Positions 25,283 through 38,050 of a stretch of 64,000 nucleotides of DNA are shown one piece after another (the first letter of the stretch is position 1; each line of letters begins with the position of its first letter). The notes under the pieces were generated by a model. The model was not told the origin of the DNA and ran no database searches. It saw only the letters and a list, made by a program, of their open reading frames with translations. The stretch is taken from the NCBI RefSeq assembly GCF_006345805.1, contig NC_042999.1, positions 21,390,001-21,454,000 of the forward strand, read 5' to 3'. A program made the translations under genes and the position numbers. Origin of the DNA: Octopus sinensis (lineage: Eukaryota).

Positions 25283-25717
25283 TGGCGACGAGCTGGTAGT
25301 GTCATTGGTGCGTCGAACAAAACGCTTAGCGGCATTTCTTCCAGCTGTTTTCGAGCTAAGCTCAAATCCCGCCTTAGTCAGCTTTGCCTTTCATCTCTTT
25401 GGCGTCAATAAAATAAAGTACCATTCAAGTAACCGTATCGAGGTGATCGATCTGCCTCCTTTCAGAGATGCTGATATTGTACCAAGGCGGCGAGCTGGCA
25501 GAAACGTTAGCACGCCGGGCTTAAATGCGTAGCCGTTCTTCGTCTGCCGTTACGTTCTGAGTTCAAATCCCGCCGAGGTTGACTTTGCCTTTCATCCTTT
25601 CGGGGACGATAAATTAAGTACCAGTTACGCATTGGGGTCGATATAATCGGCTTAATCCGTTTGTCTGTCCTTGTTTTTCCCTTCTGTGTTTAGTCCCTTG
25701 TGGGTAGTAAAGAAATA
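25283..25717 (+). mobile_element. Two adjacent SINE family B copies (older 25283-25460; younger 25485-25717)
   Basis: Both begin ggcg(a/g)cgagctgg and carry ctttgcctttcatc...aagtacca. Confidence 0.85.
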
Positions 25718-25899
25718 CAGTGATCCATACCATTACTACCACTGATATATGCGGAGGGTCTTAAGGCATTTTTCTACTTCGATTAACTCAACCTTGTCCG
25801 TATCTAACCACATCCTATTTCTTTCACAAGTGGAAAGAGATTCGAAGAGGCAGGGATCGAAATACTTGTGATTATCAACACTGAAATTATCAACAGTTA

Positions 25900-26133
25900 T
25901 TCTTTTATCTTTTTATTTGTTTCAGTCATTTGAATGTGGCCATGCTGAAGCATCGCCTTTAATCAAGCAAATCGACCTCAGGACTTATTCTTTGTAAACC
26001 TAGTACTTATTCTATCGCTTTATCTTGCCAAACCACTAATTGACGGGGACGTAAACACACCAGCATCGGTTGTCAAGCGATGTTGGTGGTGACAAACATA
26101 GTCACACAAACATACACGCACGCACACACGCAT

Positions 26134-26140
<7 letters not shown>
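25900..26140 (-). mobile_element. SINE family A, 3' half
   Basis: tttgtttcagtcatttgaatgtggccatgctg...gtaaacacaccagcatcggttgtcaagcgatgttg. Confidence 0.85.
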
Positions 26141-26184
<44 letters not shown>

Positions 26185-26319
26185 CATACATACTTACATA
26201 CTTATATACATACATGCATACAATATATATATATATATATGTGTGTGTGTGATTGTTTGATAGTGTGTATAAATGTGTGCGTGTTTATATGAGTGTGTTT
26301 GTGGATATGTATATATATA

Positions 26320-26366
<47 letters not shown>

Positions 26367-27059
26367 TATATATGTGTGTGTGTGCGTTTGGGCTTGTGCG
26401 TCGTGAGTATATATATATAATACACACATACACACACATATACACATATATACTCACGACGCACAAGCCCAAAAGCACAGGCACATACATATATGCCTAA
26501 AGAGATAGACAGACAGATCGATCGATAGATAGCTAGATAGATACATATATACATACATAAATAGATAGATAGGTAGATAAATAGATAGATAGATAGACAG
26601 CAGACGTTCAAAATGCAGTAATACAAAATATAAAATACCAGTCAAATCAAATACCCTAACGAATCTGACGCCATATTGGATAGAGTTAAATTTCTCTATA
26701 CAGCGTCATTATTGAGGAACTGCCCCAGGTTTTTTTCCCCCAAAACTGATGCAATAAGCAAACACTACATTCCCTGCAACAGTACGTAATCTTGTTATTC
26801 TTCACAACTGTACGTTCGCTTGTTTTAAAATGGCAATTTGATATTGAGGAACGCAAATATATATTTACAACTCACAAACCTATATAAATATATATAAACA
26901 TATACGTATGCGTTTTCTGGGTATGCTAATGCGTATGATTCAGGTGTCTGGTTTTGGAAAAACGTGTCTATATTTATATAAGGAATTTGGTTGAATTCCG
27001 TAACTGATTGCGAAATTTTTCACTGCATTAGATGCATGAATTAAGGCTATATTTCATAC

Positions 27060-27260
27060 TCATTTATATATATATTTATATATAGATGTACAGGTATACA
27101 TATACATAAATATATGTATACATAGATGTGTGCGTATATCTGTGTACATTCGTATGTGTGTATATGTGTGTATATATATATATGTATATATACACACATG
27201 TACGCGTATATATATATGATATATATATATATATATATCTATATACATATATCATATTTA

Positions 27261-27320
<60 letters not shown>

Positions 27321-27395
27321 ATATATATGATATATATATACATATACATATGTATATATATTTACATATATATATATATATATATATATGGCATA
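27060..27395. repeat. (TA)n-rich tract
   Basis: Read directly from the sequence. Confidence 0.9.
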
Positions 27396-27916
27396 TATGA
27401 AATATTGATATTAATTGGCTTTCTACTATAAATTTCCTAACGTAAGGCGGAAAATAATTACAAAAATCTTTTGATTATTAAACTTATAGGCTTCCTTTTG
27501 ATGTGAAATGAAACTTTGACGAATCTTCTTGTTATAACTTATGAAAATTCTTTTGATATTTATTTCGTCTGAGTGATTCTTGTTAACTTTATAAATGGCA
27601 TATATTAAGAGTTGTTGAGAGAAAAAAGAAAGCGATCGATGACGAGAGAATTCTTTTTAAAAAATGTAAGTATTCGCAAACAATTCGCCATCATTAATGG
27701 TCTTTAGTTAGCAATGGTTCTATGGTCGCGGTCCATATAACGTAGTTACTGTATGCATATGTACCTTTGTATACGTATATATGTGTGATTGTCTGTGTCT
27801 GAATGTGTACATGCATACATACATACATACATACATACATATACATATATATATACATATATATATACACGCACGCACACACATAGATACATATACACAC
27901 ACACACACACACACAC

Positions 27917-27952
<36 letters not shown>

Positions 27953-27954
27953 AC

Positions 27955-28184
27955 AGGCGGCGAGCTGGCAGAAACGTTAGCACGCCGGGCGAAATGCGTA
28001 GCCGTATTTCGTCTGTCGTTACGTTCTGAGTTCAAATTCCGCCGAGGTCGACTTTGCCTTTCATCCTTTCGGGGTCGATAAATCAAGTACCAGTTACGCA
28101 CTGGGGTCGATATAATCGATTTAATCCGTTTGTCTGTCCTTGTTCGTCTCCTCTGTGTTTAGCCCCTTGTGGGTAGTAAAGAAT
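27955..28184 (+). mobile_element. SINE family B
   Basis: Near-consensus copy between (TA)n tracts. Confidence 0.92.
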
Positions 28185-28195
28185 TATATATATAT

Positions 28196-28256
<61 letters not shown>

Positions 28257-28390
28257 GCTATATACGTAAAATTATATAGAGTAGCATGTATAAAGCGAAT
28301 ATTTTTTTAGAAATTTCACCACCAGTGGCTTTGCATGTATGAAGAGTCAATAGACAACATTTCTCAATATAAAATAGTGTACGTTTAAAC

Positions 28391-28553
28391 ACAAGAGAAA
28401 ATTACCTTTGACAGGTAAGTTTTACACGCCAGAAGAAGCAGTCAAAACGACGAAAACCACATTTCAAAATTTGCTCTTAAATGTGGTTGTGGTTATTTTG
28501 ACTGCTTCTTCTAGCGTGTAAAAATTAGCTGTTAAAGAGTAGTTTTCTCTTGT
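28391..28553. repeat. Imperfect inverted repeat (~75-bp arms)
   Basis: acaagagaaaattacc...ttttacacgccagaagaagcagtcaaaa pairs with ttttgactgcttcttctagcgtgtaaaa...ttttctcttgt. Confidence 0.8.
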
Positions 28554-28719
28554 ATACATACAAGCATAAATATGTATACATGTATACGTGTATGGACTGT
28601 TTCTCTCCACGACACTGCTACAGATTGGTCTCGGGCATAGCCACTGAAACATTTAAAAGATACAGACATTAAATTCCCACAAAGTGTGTGTGACCATGTT
28701 GTTTTTGTACTATAAATTT

Positions 28720-29335
<616 letters not shown>

Positions 29336-29486
29336 TATATACGTGTGTGTGCATGTGAAGTAGTTATGTTTGTGCGTATAAATTATTATTATTATTCAAA
29401 CGCATGCATGTACGCACGCACGCATATACACACGTATATATTTATATGCACATACACAAGCACACAAATGAATGGCATGTGTCTTT

Positions 29487-29676
29487 GTGAAGAAGAAGAA
29501 GAAGAAGAAGAAGAAGAAGAAGAGAAGAAGAAGAGAAGAAGAAGAAGAAGAAGAAGAAGAAGAAGAAGAAGAAGAAGAAGGAGGAGAAGAAGAAGAAGAA
29601 GAAGAGAAGAAGAAGAAGAAGAAGAAGAAGAAGAAGAAGAAGAAGAAGAAGAAGAAGAAGAAGAAGAAGAAGAAGA
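29487..29676. repeat. (GAA)n polypurine tract
   Basis: About 190 bp of nearly pure GAA. Confidence 0.97.
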
Positions 29677-30320
29677 ATTCCATTTTATGAAACATTTTTG
29701 GAAAACAACAAGGGTGATATACAGAAATTTAGTGTATTGTGCTTACTGACTTTTCTTGTGATGAATTCCACTGAAAATCTCCTGGAATATGGGGAGTAAA
29801 AGAAACAATTTCCGATACTTTGTTTACTTGCATTTTACCATTAGTATTAATAGAAGGACCGTTTTGCAGTCCTTTAAGAAAGCTTTGCACGTGTAATGAA
29901 TAAATGTTCTTCGACATTTTGATGTATTTATAAATCCTTCTAATATTTGCAACATTCCACGTCTTTATATAATACATTTATTACATTCAAAATTCTTTGA
30001 ATTGAAATGTGCCTTATTATGAAACCGGGCTCCTCATTTCAAAACATGAATGGGCTTTGATTAGATCATTTATGAAATATCCTAAGGATTACAAAAGGGG
30101 CCAGCATTTAAAGAATCATAGATTTTTCCAAATAGCACTGGATCTACACAACTGAAGCTACTACGCCTCCAGAAAATCTTACTAGGTCCTGGATACATTT
30201 ATAGAAAAAATTCCAAGCATATGTGTGCCATAAATCAGAGCAAGTCACAAGTGAAGCCTGTATAAAACATCCTCAAATAAAATGCTTTCAAAATTTTGTA
30301 GCATGGTAATTATATACGAA

Positions 30321-30910
30321 GGCGGCGAGTTGGCAGAAACGTTAGCACGCCGGGTAAAATGCTTAGCGGTATTTCGTCTGCCGCTACGTTCTGAGTTCAA
30401 TTTCCGCCGAGGCCGACTTTGCCTTTCATCCTTTCGGGGTCGATTAAATAAGTACCAATCACGCACTGGGGTCGATGTAATCGACTTAATCCGTTCGTCT
30501 GTCCTTGTTTGTCCTCTCTGTGTTTAGCCCCTTGAGGGTAGCAAAGAAATAGGTATTGCGTCTGCCGCTACGTTCTGAGTTCAAATTCCGCCGAGTTCGA
30601 CTTTGCGTTTCATCCTTTCGGGGTCGATAAGTTAAGTACCAGTTACGCACTTAATCCGTCTGTCTGTCCTTGTTTGTCTCCTCTGTGTTTAGCTCTTTGT
30701 GGGCAATAATGAAATTTAAAAATCCTTAGCGTGCCGGGCAAAATCCTTAGCGGCATTTCGTCCGTCCTTACATTCTGAATTCAAATTCTGGGTCCGCCGA
30801 AGTGGACTTTGCATTTCATCCTTTCTGGATCGATAAAGTAAGTACCAGTTGAACTAAGGGGACGCTGTAATTGACTTATCTCAACCTCAAAATTGCCAAC
30901 CCTGTGCAAA
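30321..30910 (+). mobile_element. SINE family B plus tandem truncated unit plus an older degenerate unit
   Basis: Units at 30321-30551, 30552-30716 (restarts at ggtattgcgtctgcc) and ~30725-30910. Confidence 0.85.
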
Positions 30911-31267
30911 CATATGAAACTAATATACGAACTACGTTTAAGGTTGCGTGCTGGCATAACCTCAAGTGCGTCTGACAAAATGCTTAATGGCAATTCTTCC
31001 GACTCTTTATTTTCTGAGTTCATATGCCGAATGCTCTGACCCTGCTGTTATTCATTAGAAGTCGATAAAATAAAATATAATCAGGTGCTGGAGCATGTCT
31101 CATAAAGAAAACCCATCCTCTTAAAATTACATATCTTGGGATAATAATTTAAAACAATGCTTTAATCAAATGCTGTTGCGAAACAGCTTCAAGCGCAAGA
31201 TTTAATGCATTTCATTACCAACCTAATCCTCACAACGCAGCAGAAATAAACAATCTTCTGTCCCGTA

Positions 31268-31480
31268 CGAGTGGGTGCTGAAAAATTCTTGGCCTTAAAG
31301 GTCTGGCGAAAGGCCTGGCTGGAGGCCTGACTTTCAAGTTCTTTCACTAGGCTGAGAAAAACTGAAGGACCGCTGCAATAAGTGTGCGAATATGAGAGGA
31401 GAATATTCTCAATAAAATTATAATCAACTGATCCTCCAGTATTTTCTTTTACACAAAGCCAGGAACTTTTCAGCAACCCC
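31268..31480 (+). mobile_element. Mariner-derived MITE
   Basis: TA|cgagtgggtgctgaaaaatt ... aggaacttttcagcaacccc|TA; internal aaactgaaggaccgctgcaataagtgtgcgaatatgagaggagaatattctcaataa reads KLKDRCNKCANMRGEYSQ*, like a mariner C-terminus. Confidence 0.82.
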
Positions 31481-31487
31481 TAATGTA

Positions 31488-31547
<60 letters not shown>

Positions 31548-31571
31548 TGTGTGTGTGTGTGTGTGTGTGTT

Positions 31572-31922
31572 GGTAAAGAACCCCTTCGGTCATGAATGAC
31601 CATGGGATTGCACTTAGAAAGTTCCCCTATGAGGCACAAGTCTGGGCAAGATTGTTTATGGAAGACCAGCAGTTGTCCATGAATACCAGCCCCTCTCCTT
31701 CCCACTCTCCACACCACAATTGTTACCCAAGGGAAGGTTTAAAGTCCGATACAGCTTGGCGTCAGTGGCGTCACAAATCATTTCTATAGCTGAGTGAACT
31801 GGAGTAACGTGTAATGAGGTGTCTAGCTCAAGAATGTAACACACAACCCGGTCTGGGAATCGAACTCACTATCTCGTGATTATGAGTCCGACGCTCTAAC
31901 CACTGAGCCATGTGCTTTCACA
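31572..31922 (-). mobile_element. tRNA-derived SINE family D, full length, with (CA)n tail
   Basis: Head tgtgaaagcacatggctcagtggttagagcgtcggactc...gagttcgattccc; tail ...tcccatggtcattcatgaccgaaggggttctttacc next to (GT)n at 31490-31570. Confidence 0.85.
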
Positions 31923-31934
31923 CACACACAAACA

Positions 31935-32117
31935 ATCTGGTAGGAGGATGAGAGGTTTAAAGTTTCGGTAAAAATAATGTGCAGGAAGATCAGTTACTAA
32001 TGATTCTATTCAGCTTATTCTTCTCTGATTAACACACTTACTGCAGAGGTCCTTCACTTTCGCTAAGTCCTGTAAAAGAACTCGGAAGATCTGGCCTTTC
32101 GCGACACCCCCTCGCGT
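31935..32117 (-). mobile_element. Degenerate copy of the mariner-derived MITE
   Basis: Reverse complement cgaggggtgtcgcgaaaggcc...gaaggacctctgcagtaagtgtgttaatc aligns with 31268-31480. Confidence 0.65.
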
Positions 32118-33608
32118 GTGTATGCTGTGTGTGTGCCATTCTGTACGTTTGTATGTCTGACTGACTGTGTCTGCATGGCTGTGCCTGAGCGTGTGTCTGC
32201 GTGTGTGTCAATTGTTTGTATAGGTGTACGTGATTATGCGCATATGTCCAATTTTATTTATCCCTGTGTTCATACGCATGGCATTTGCCGTCCGTTCTAG
32301 ATGGTCCAATGATCTTCAGCTGGAATGATCTACAAGGCAAAAGGCATTTTACTGGAGATCAGTATGCTTCCATGAATGAAAATCTTCACTCACAATTCCG
32401 ATTTTCTTTTCTTTTTTTTTTTCTTGTGAAAGGAAAGCCCGCCACAGTCTTGGAACTGTGATATTATAATTGGATTCGACTTCAAGTTTTGTCATATTCA
32501 CATTTAAATATTTCTGCTAGAAACAACATTTTGATATAACCAACAAATTCGTTAATCGCATCAGCTTTTTCTTGTCAAGATATAAGCTTAACATATCTTT
32601 TATAATATTGCATTTGACTTGTATTTAAGTATAGAAACAAATTGTTTATGACAACAAATATACCATTACATTTACGTATAGGATATATGCTAAGCAGACT
32701 ACCATCTAATTTTATTTCTGAACGGATTGTACAGTACATACTTAAATGTATTAAGTGCGGGAAATTCGATAGACAAAATATAGATAAGAAAAATATAACT
32801 GGACGATATTAGTTACGGTCAGATCAAGATTATATAAGACTTGATGATGAACATATAAATTTTATCATGTCATCAGTTTGTTCATCAAATATAGCATTGA
32901 TCATATGTTTATCGATCGAGAATTCAAACAACATCCAGATAAAAGTAATTCAAATGTGTTAACCAAACAGTAAACTGCATAAGCAAGAAAACCACTGTTT
33001 AACAATCGTGCATCCATGTTGCGATCCAGAATGGCGTCTGTAAATAGTTTTATACGTCAGAACAAATAGACAAATAGACCCAACATATGATGTCACTATT
33101 TTAATTAGTTCTGCTTCAAGATATGCATTGTACACAATTTTCTCTTTCACACACAGACACACCTCCTGAAATCTTAAATTTATATAGACTTTATATCTAA
33201 ATGCTTTAATTTTAAGACGCATTTTCCGCTGTTGATATCACTGTGGCTTAACACCGACGCATTTCTCAACGAATCAAAGATATCAAAGGAATGATACAAC
33301 AATTAGTGAGATATATGTTATCGATATAGAGTAATAACTTGTTTAATTCATTCTGACATTTACGAAGCCTTGGTATAATTTAAAGAAACATTGACTGATA
33401 TGTTCCTTCAGTTATGTAGCGGTAAATTTGCCCTTTATTGACACATTCGCGGTTGCATAACGGAAGTTCGCTGAACCGGGAAGCAACTAAATTAAACACT
33501 GTTACAAGAGCCACTCGTCTTTCTATCTTCTTTAAATAAAACAGAAAGATATTGATGTAGAATCACCAGTTCTGAAATGTATTTTAAGCATCAATATTTA
33601 GAATAATT

Positions 33609-34029
33609 GGATCTTTTCGGTTTGAACGGCAGTTTTTTCTAGCGGTGTCATATGAAATTGTCAATTATAACCCTAGTATCGATTTATTGCATTTCAATCT
33701 GTTTTAAGGTCAGGGTTAGTTAGAATTAGGGTTAGGGATGGGGGGAAGGGTATCTTTTTTTTCTTCACAAATGTAAATAAACCCAATCTGTTTCTTAAAC
33801 GAGGGACATATTCATACGGCACAGAATGTTTTTTTTACCTCAATAGACGTCAGTGATTGGTCGAAATTGCAGAAATTGAAGTAAAAAAAACAACAAATTA
33901 TAGAATTTTCTCAATAAAGCCAAGAGAAAAAGATGTTTTATAAACACTTTCTACCAGTATACGAAGTTTGAAATTTTTTTAGTTACCTAGAAATTATGTT
34001 AAAAACTGCCGTTCAAACCGAAAAGATCC
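33609..34029. mobile_element. MITE with 29-bp perfect TIRs and 8-bp TSD (Merlin-like termini)
   Basis: TIR GGATCTTTTCGGTTTGAACGGCAGTTTTT / AAAAACTGCCGTTCAAACCGAAAAGATCC; GAATAATT at 33601-33608 and 34030-34037. Confidence 0.9.
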
Positions 34030-35076
34030 GAATAATTTCAAAAGATGGACGATACAGAGGACGACATTCAGCAATCGATTCATTAAAGTACGAGAGATTA
34101 TTCAAGAGAATATACAAGAACACATGGAACAGTCCAAAAAGTCACTGCATTAGTAGATAATGAATTAAATGGTTTTGATAATCATAAAAACGTATTATGG
34201 CCATGAAAATACCCATTTCGAATAATACAAACGAAGGCTTATTCTAAGCAATAGGCGCAATTACAATAATTGCAAGGAACATTTTGACGCATAAAAGGAT
34301 TTAAAAAAGAGAAAGAAGGTAAAAAAAATAATAATAATAATGCGGAGGAGAAATATCTCATTCATTCTCGTTTATATTGTCGAAAATAAAATCAAGAGAC
34401 AGACAATGTTTAGAACATTTATGGGAGTGATAATTTTTCTTTCAAGAAAGAAAATTTTGCACATGAGAAGAAAAATGAGGAAGAACTCCTCATCGGGAGT
34501 AAGAGCATCAATTATTTTGAAGAATTTATATAGACTCTGAACTACTAAAAATTCCAAAGTTATTCAATGCACGTATTGTATATATTTGATTCATAACGAA
34601 GAAGTCATAAAATACCCCAAAATTGAAAATGGTCCAGAATGTCTCTTGACGATCTGAAGCAAAGCAAGCAGGTGATACAATAAAAAATATAAGATGCTTG
34701 CTCTCCACGCTTTTATTTTTATTCACAGGTTTTAAGTTGAAATATTTCAAAGCAAAACTATAATGACTTTCAAGAAAATTAGGTATTGTAATGGGGGTTC
34801 AAATACAAAAGCGATCATTCGCTCAACAATTGTCCTTTGAAATGAAGATCGCAGTAACGCTTTACTTTAAAAATATATTGTGAGGACATATTTGCATTTC
34901 ATAAAGAAGTGATGTATGTGGATTATAAAAAGAAATTACTGACACAGTGGATATAACTGAGATTTTATAACTGGTGAAGAATAACGTGATATATTCGGTG
35001 TAAAACCCCAAAATCTGAGAAATATAGCGAAGGCATAATGTGATCCGAATTAGAAAATGTTAGACTAAAACAGCTT

Positions 35077-35091
35077 TTATTATTATTATTA

Positions 35092-35156
<65 letters not shown>

Positions 35157-35360
35157 GGTGATCTCATATCAAGATAAACAGCACATGACCTTGCATGTGG
35201 AGCCCAGTTAGAATTTTCGTCTGGTCGAGTAACCCATCCCGCTCAAAAGGTCCCTGAATAAGGATTGTTTAAGGATTTTGAACGAACCACCCATGTTTCC
35301 AGAGGTGAATTATCCAAACCTCCAAGAATTCCTTTCAACACACGGCTATGTTGCTCCTCC
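35077..35360 (-). mobile_element. 3' end of an RTE-type LINE/SINE with (TAA)n tail
   Basis: (TTA)n at 35077-35156 abuts ggtgatctcatatcaagataaacagcacatgacc... RTE-clade elements commonly end in (TAA)n; the family call is from recognition only. Confidence 0.55.
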
Positions 35361-35668
35361 ACGAACATGTATGAACATCTTCGAGCAGAATCAGAATTTC
35401 AACTGCTTCCATGACTTAAGCCGAGTATAGATAGCATAGTAGAACAGATTTAACTGAGAGCCCGCTCAGCGGTAGCGAACGCTGGACCTATCAAACAAAT
35501 GTGTAACCCAAACGACTATACTTCATTTTATTTTTCTTATGTATATACTACACATGCGCATAATATACATATAGACACATTTGTGCACTCAGTAATCCAC
35601 CTAACGTGCGGAGTACAGTGAGTAGAACCAAATATATAAGAAGTATATGAATACAATAAATGAATGAC

Positions 35669-36189
35669 TGTAAACTAGGAAGAGATATTTATTTCATTGA
35701 AACAATAAACTTTTCATGGAATTTCAATCGTGTTTCATGGTCTGCTACCACAACAGCTCCTTTATAGGATCCAGTTACCTCAAGACATGATCAAGAGGAA
35801 ATACATCCGGTTACGGCCCCTACTCCTCTACCGTTTTGACGTGGCAGCCCCTCCTCCTTTCGGAGGTGTCTTCAGCTCTGGAGTTGGGTGTATGTCTTTC
35901 TTCTGTTCCCTGGCCTATTCGATGTAGCGTCAACGAGTGTCAGCGGGCGACTAACTGACTTGACAATTGTTTTCCCTTTAAATACCCGCTGCTAGACTCC
36001 CGCAGATAGCCCCAGCAAGTTGTCACGTGACACTGTCTCAACTTTAACTGACCAATGAAGGCGCGTAGTCTTAGCCCACGCATTCTCTTAACGAGACCGT
36101 GTCCTGTCAATTAGCGAAGCTATATTTATTTTCAACTACTAACATACAATAATAAATCTCAGAGCGAGTTATAAACAGTAGCTGCAACA
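35669..36189 (-). promoter_or_regulatory. Pol II promoter-like segment or solo-LTR candidate
   Basis: Minus strand: CCAAT (36052-36056, reversed), TGTCACGTGACA E-box (36021-36032), TATTTAAA (35984-35977), TCAGTT Inr with A at 35956, AATAAA (35693-35688); begins TGTTG and ends TTTACA. No TSD found. Confidence 0.45.
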
Positions 36190-36191
36190 CA

Positions 36192-36547
36192 TCGTGAAGT
36201 ATATTTGCCATTTAAATATGGCTAACCCCTAAGGGTGGATGCTACTGTAGCTTGTAGCCCCAGCAGGACACCTCCTCCAGCTGACTATTGACACACTTTC
36301 TGTGCCCCATCACTTTTCAACGACAACTGTGATTGTCACACGCTGATGACGGGTCAATACCCAGATACTCGAGTCCGTGTGTATCATAGGTTGAAGACGG
36401 GAATGATGGCTTCCTTTTGCAAATACTGATAGGGCACAGAAAGTGTGTCAATAGCCAGCTGGAGGAGGTGTCCTCCTGGGGCTACAAGCTACAGTAGCAT
36501 CCACCCTTAGGGGTTAGCCATATTCAAATGGCAAATATACTTCACGA
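36192..36547 (+). mobile_element. Foldback element (121-bp arms) with a hammerhead motif in the spacer
   Basis: Arms 36192-36312 and 36427-36547 differ at 4 positions; no TSD; homologous to 56345-56705. Confidence 0.88.
36337..36381 (+). ncRNA. Minimal type-I hammerhead ribozyme motif (A14 variant)
   Basis: CACACG-CTGATGA-C-GGG tcaata CCC-A-GATA-C TCGA GTC-CGTGTG: 6-bp helix I, intact CUGAUGA, palindromic helix III (ACTCGAGT), GUC site; GATA instead of GAAA. Confidence 0.75.
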
Positions 36548-37194
36548 ACTATTAACATAGTTTCACGAATATAGTCAATACACTATCATTTTAACGCCCT
36601 TAGTTCATTAATATCACAATATTACGTGATATAACTTAGATCAAATATATAAATACATAAATACATAAATACATAGATACATAATTATGTGATATAACGT
36701 AGAAGAACGAAAGAAATGATTGATATTTGCCTTGAACTGCACTGATATAACGTTTCCTCGCACCAAATGCATATTGAATTAAAAATAATATTATAAATGC
36801 TGATTTTCAAGTTACATAAAATATCACTTTAAAATGTCATAGATTACCTCAAGACAAAATGCTTTCGAAAATTATTGCAGATAAGGAAATAATATATTTC
36901 ATTTCGGAGCTAAGTTTTCTCATGTGTTTTGTGGTAGGTTTTGTTTTTGTTTCTGTTTATGTCCATCCGCTTCTTGTAATTGTATATTGAATTATCTATC
37001 TACCTAGTTAGATTTCTATCTATTTATCTATAGGCCTACCTAATTATCTCCATGCTTACCTGCCTAACTGTATATCTACCTGACATACTCAATCAACACA
37101 CATACTTACATACCTCCTTACAACCACCTTTGGCTATCTACAACTGTTTATTTGTCTGTCCATCTAGCAATTCACTTACCTATATATCTACTCA

Positions 37195-37609
37195 CGTAGG
37201 AGTGGCTCAGTGGTAAGTAGCTTGCTTACCAACTACATAGTTCCGGGTTCAGTCCCACTGCGTGGAACCTTGGGCAAGTGTCTTCTACTATAGCCTCGGG
37301 CCAACCTAAGCCTTGTGAGTGGATTTGGTAGACGGAAAATGAGAGAAGCCCGTCGTATATATGTATATACATATATATGTATTTGTGTGTATATGTCTGT
37401 GTGTCTGTGTTTGTCCCGCCCCCCAACATCACTTGACAACCGATGCTGGTGTGTTTACGTCCCCGTAACTTAGCGGTTCGGCAACAGAATCAATACAATA
37501 TGTAGTAGGTTTAAAACGAATAATTCCTGTGGTCTATTTGCTTGACTAAAGGCGGTGATCCAGCATGACCACAGTCAAATGAATGAAACAAGTAAAATGT
37601 AAAAGAGTA
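37195..37609 (+). mobile_element. SINE family A, full length
   Basis: cgtaggagtggctcagtggtaag...gaaacaagtaaaatgtaaaagagta. Confidence 0.9.
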
Positions 37610-38050
37610 CATCTCTATTTCTTCATCGCTTTAATTATTAATATATCTATCTCGATATATACGACCTTACAATCTGTACAGTGTGTGTGTTACCAATAAA
37701 TTAATATATCGATCTTCCTGTCTCCATATTCTACACAAATACGTGTCTATCTTCGATGATAGGTATTTACAGTTAGGAGTTCGGTGAAGTCTACTCATTG
37801 AAAACTACTCAATACATTTTATGATGCATTCTTGATATATCTATCCCCAGTTAACCCTATTATCTTCTCATCCGCTTCGATTACTCGAATGATGTTGCAA
37901 CAATCATTCATTATTCAGTTAATCTTTCAGAAACCATAACTCTGTAAATACTTAATATATTCCTATACACACATACATACATACATACATATATATATAT
38001 ATTATATATATATATATATATACACCTATATATATATAAAATAAATAAAT

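Noticed and set aside
35738-35752. TGGTAGCAGA (minus strand) resembling a tRNA-iMet primer-binding site
   Set aside because: Only 10 nt match, it is not preceded by an LTR-terminal CA, and no gag/pol follows.
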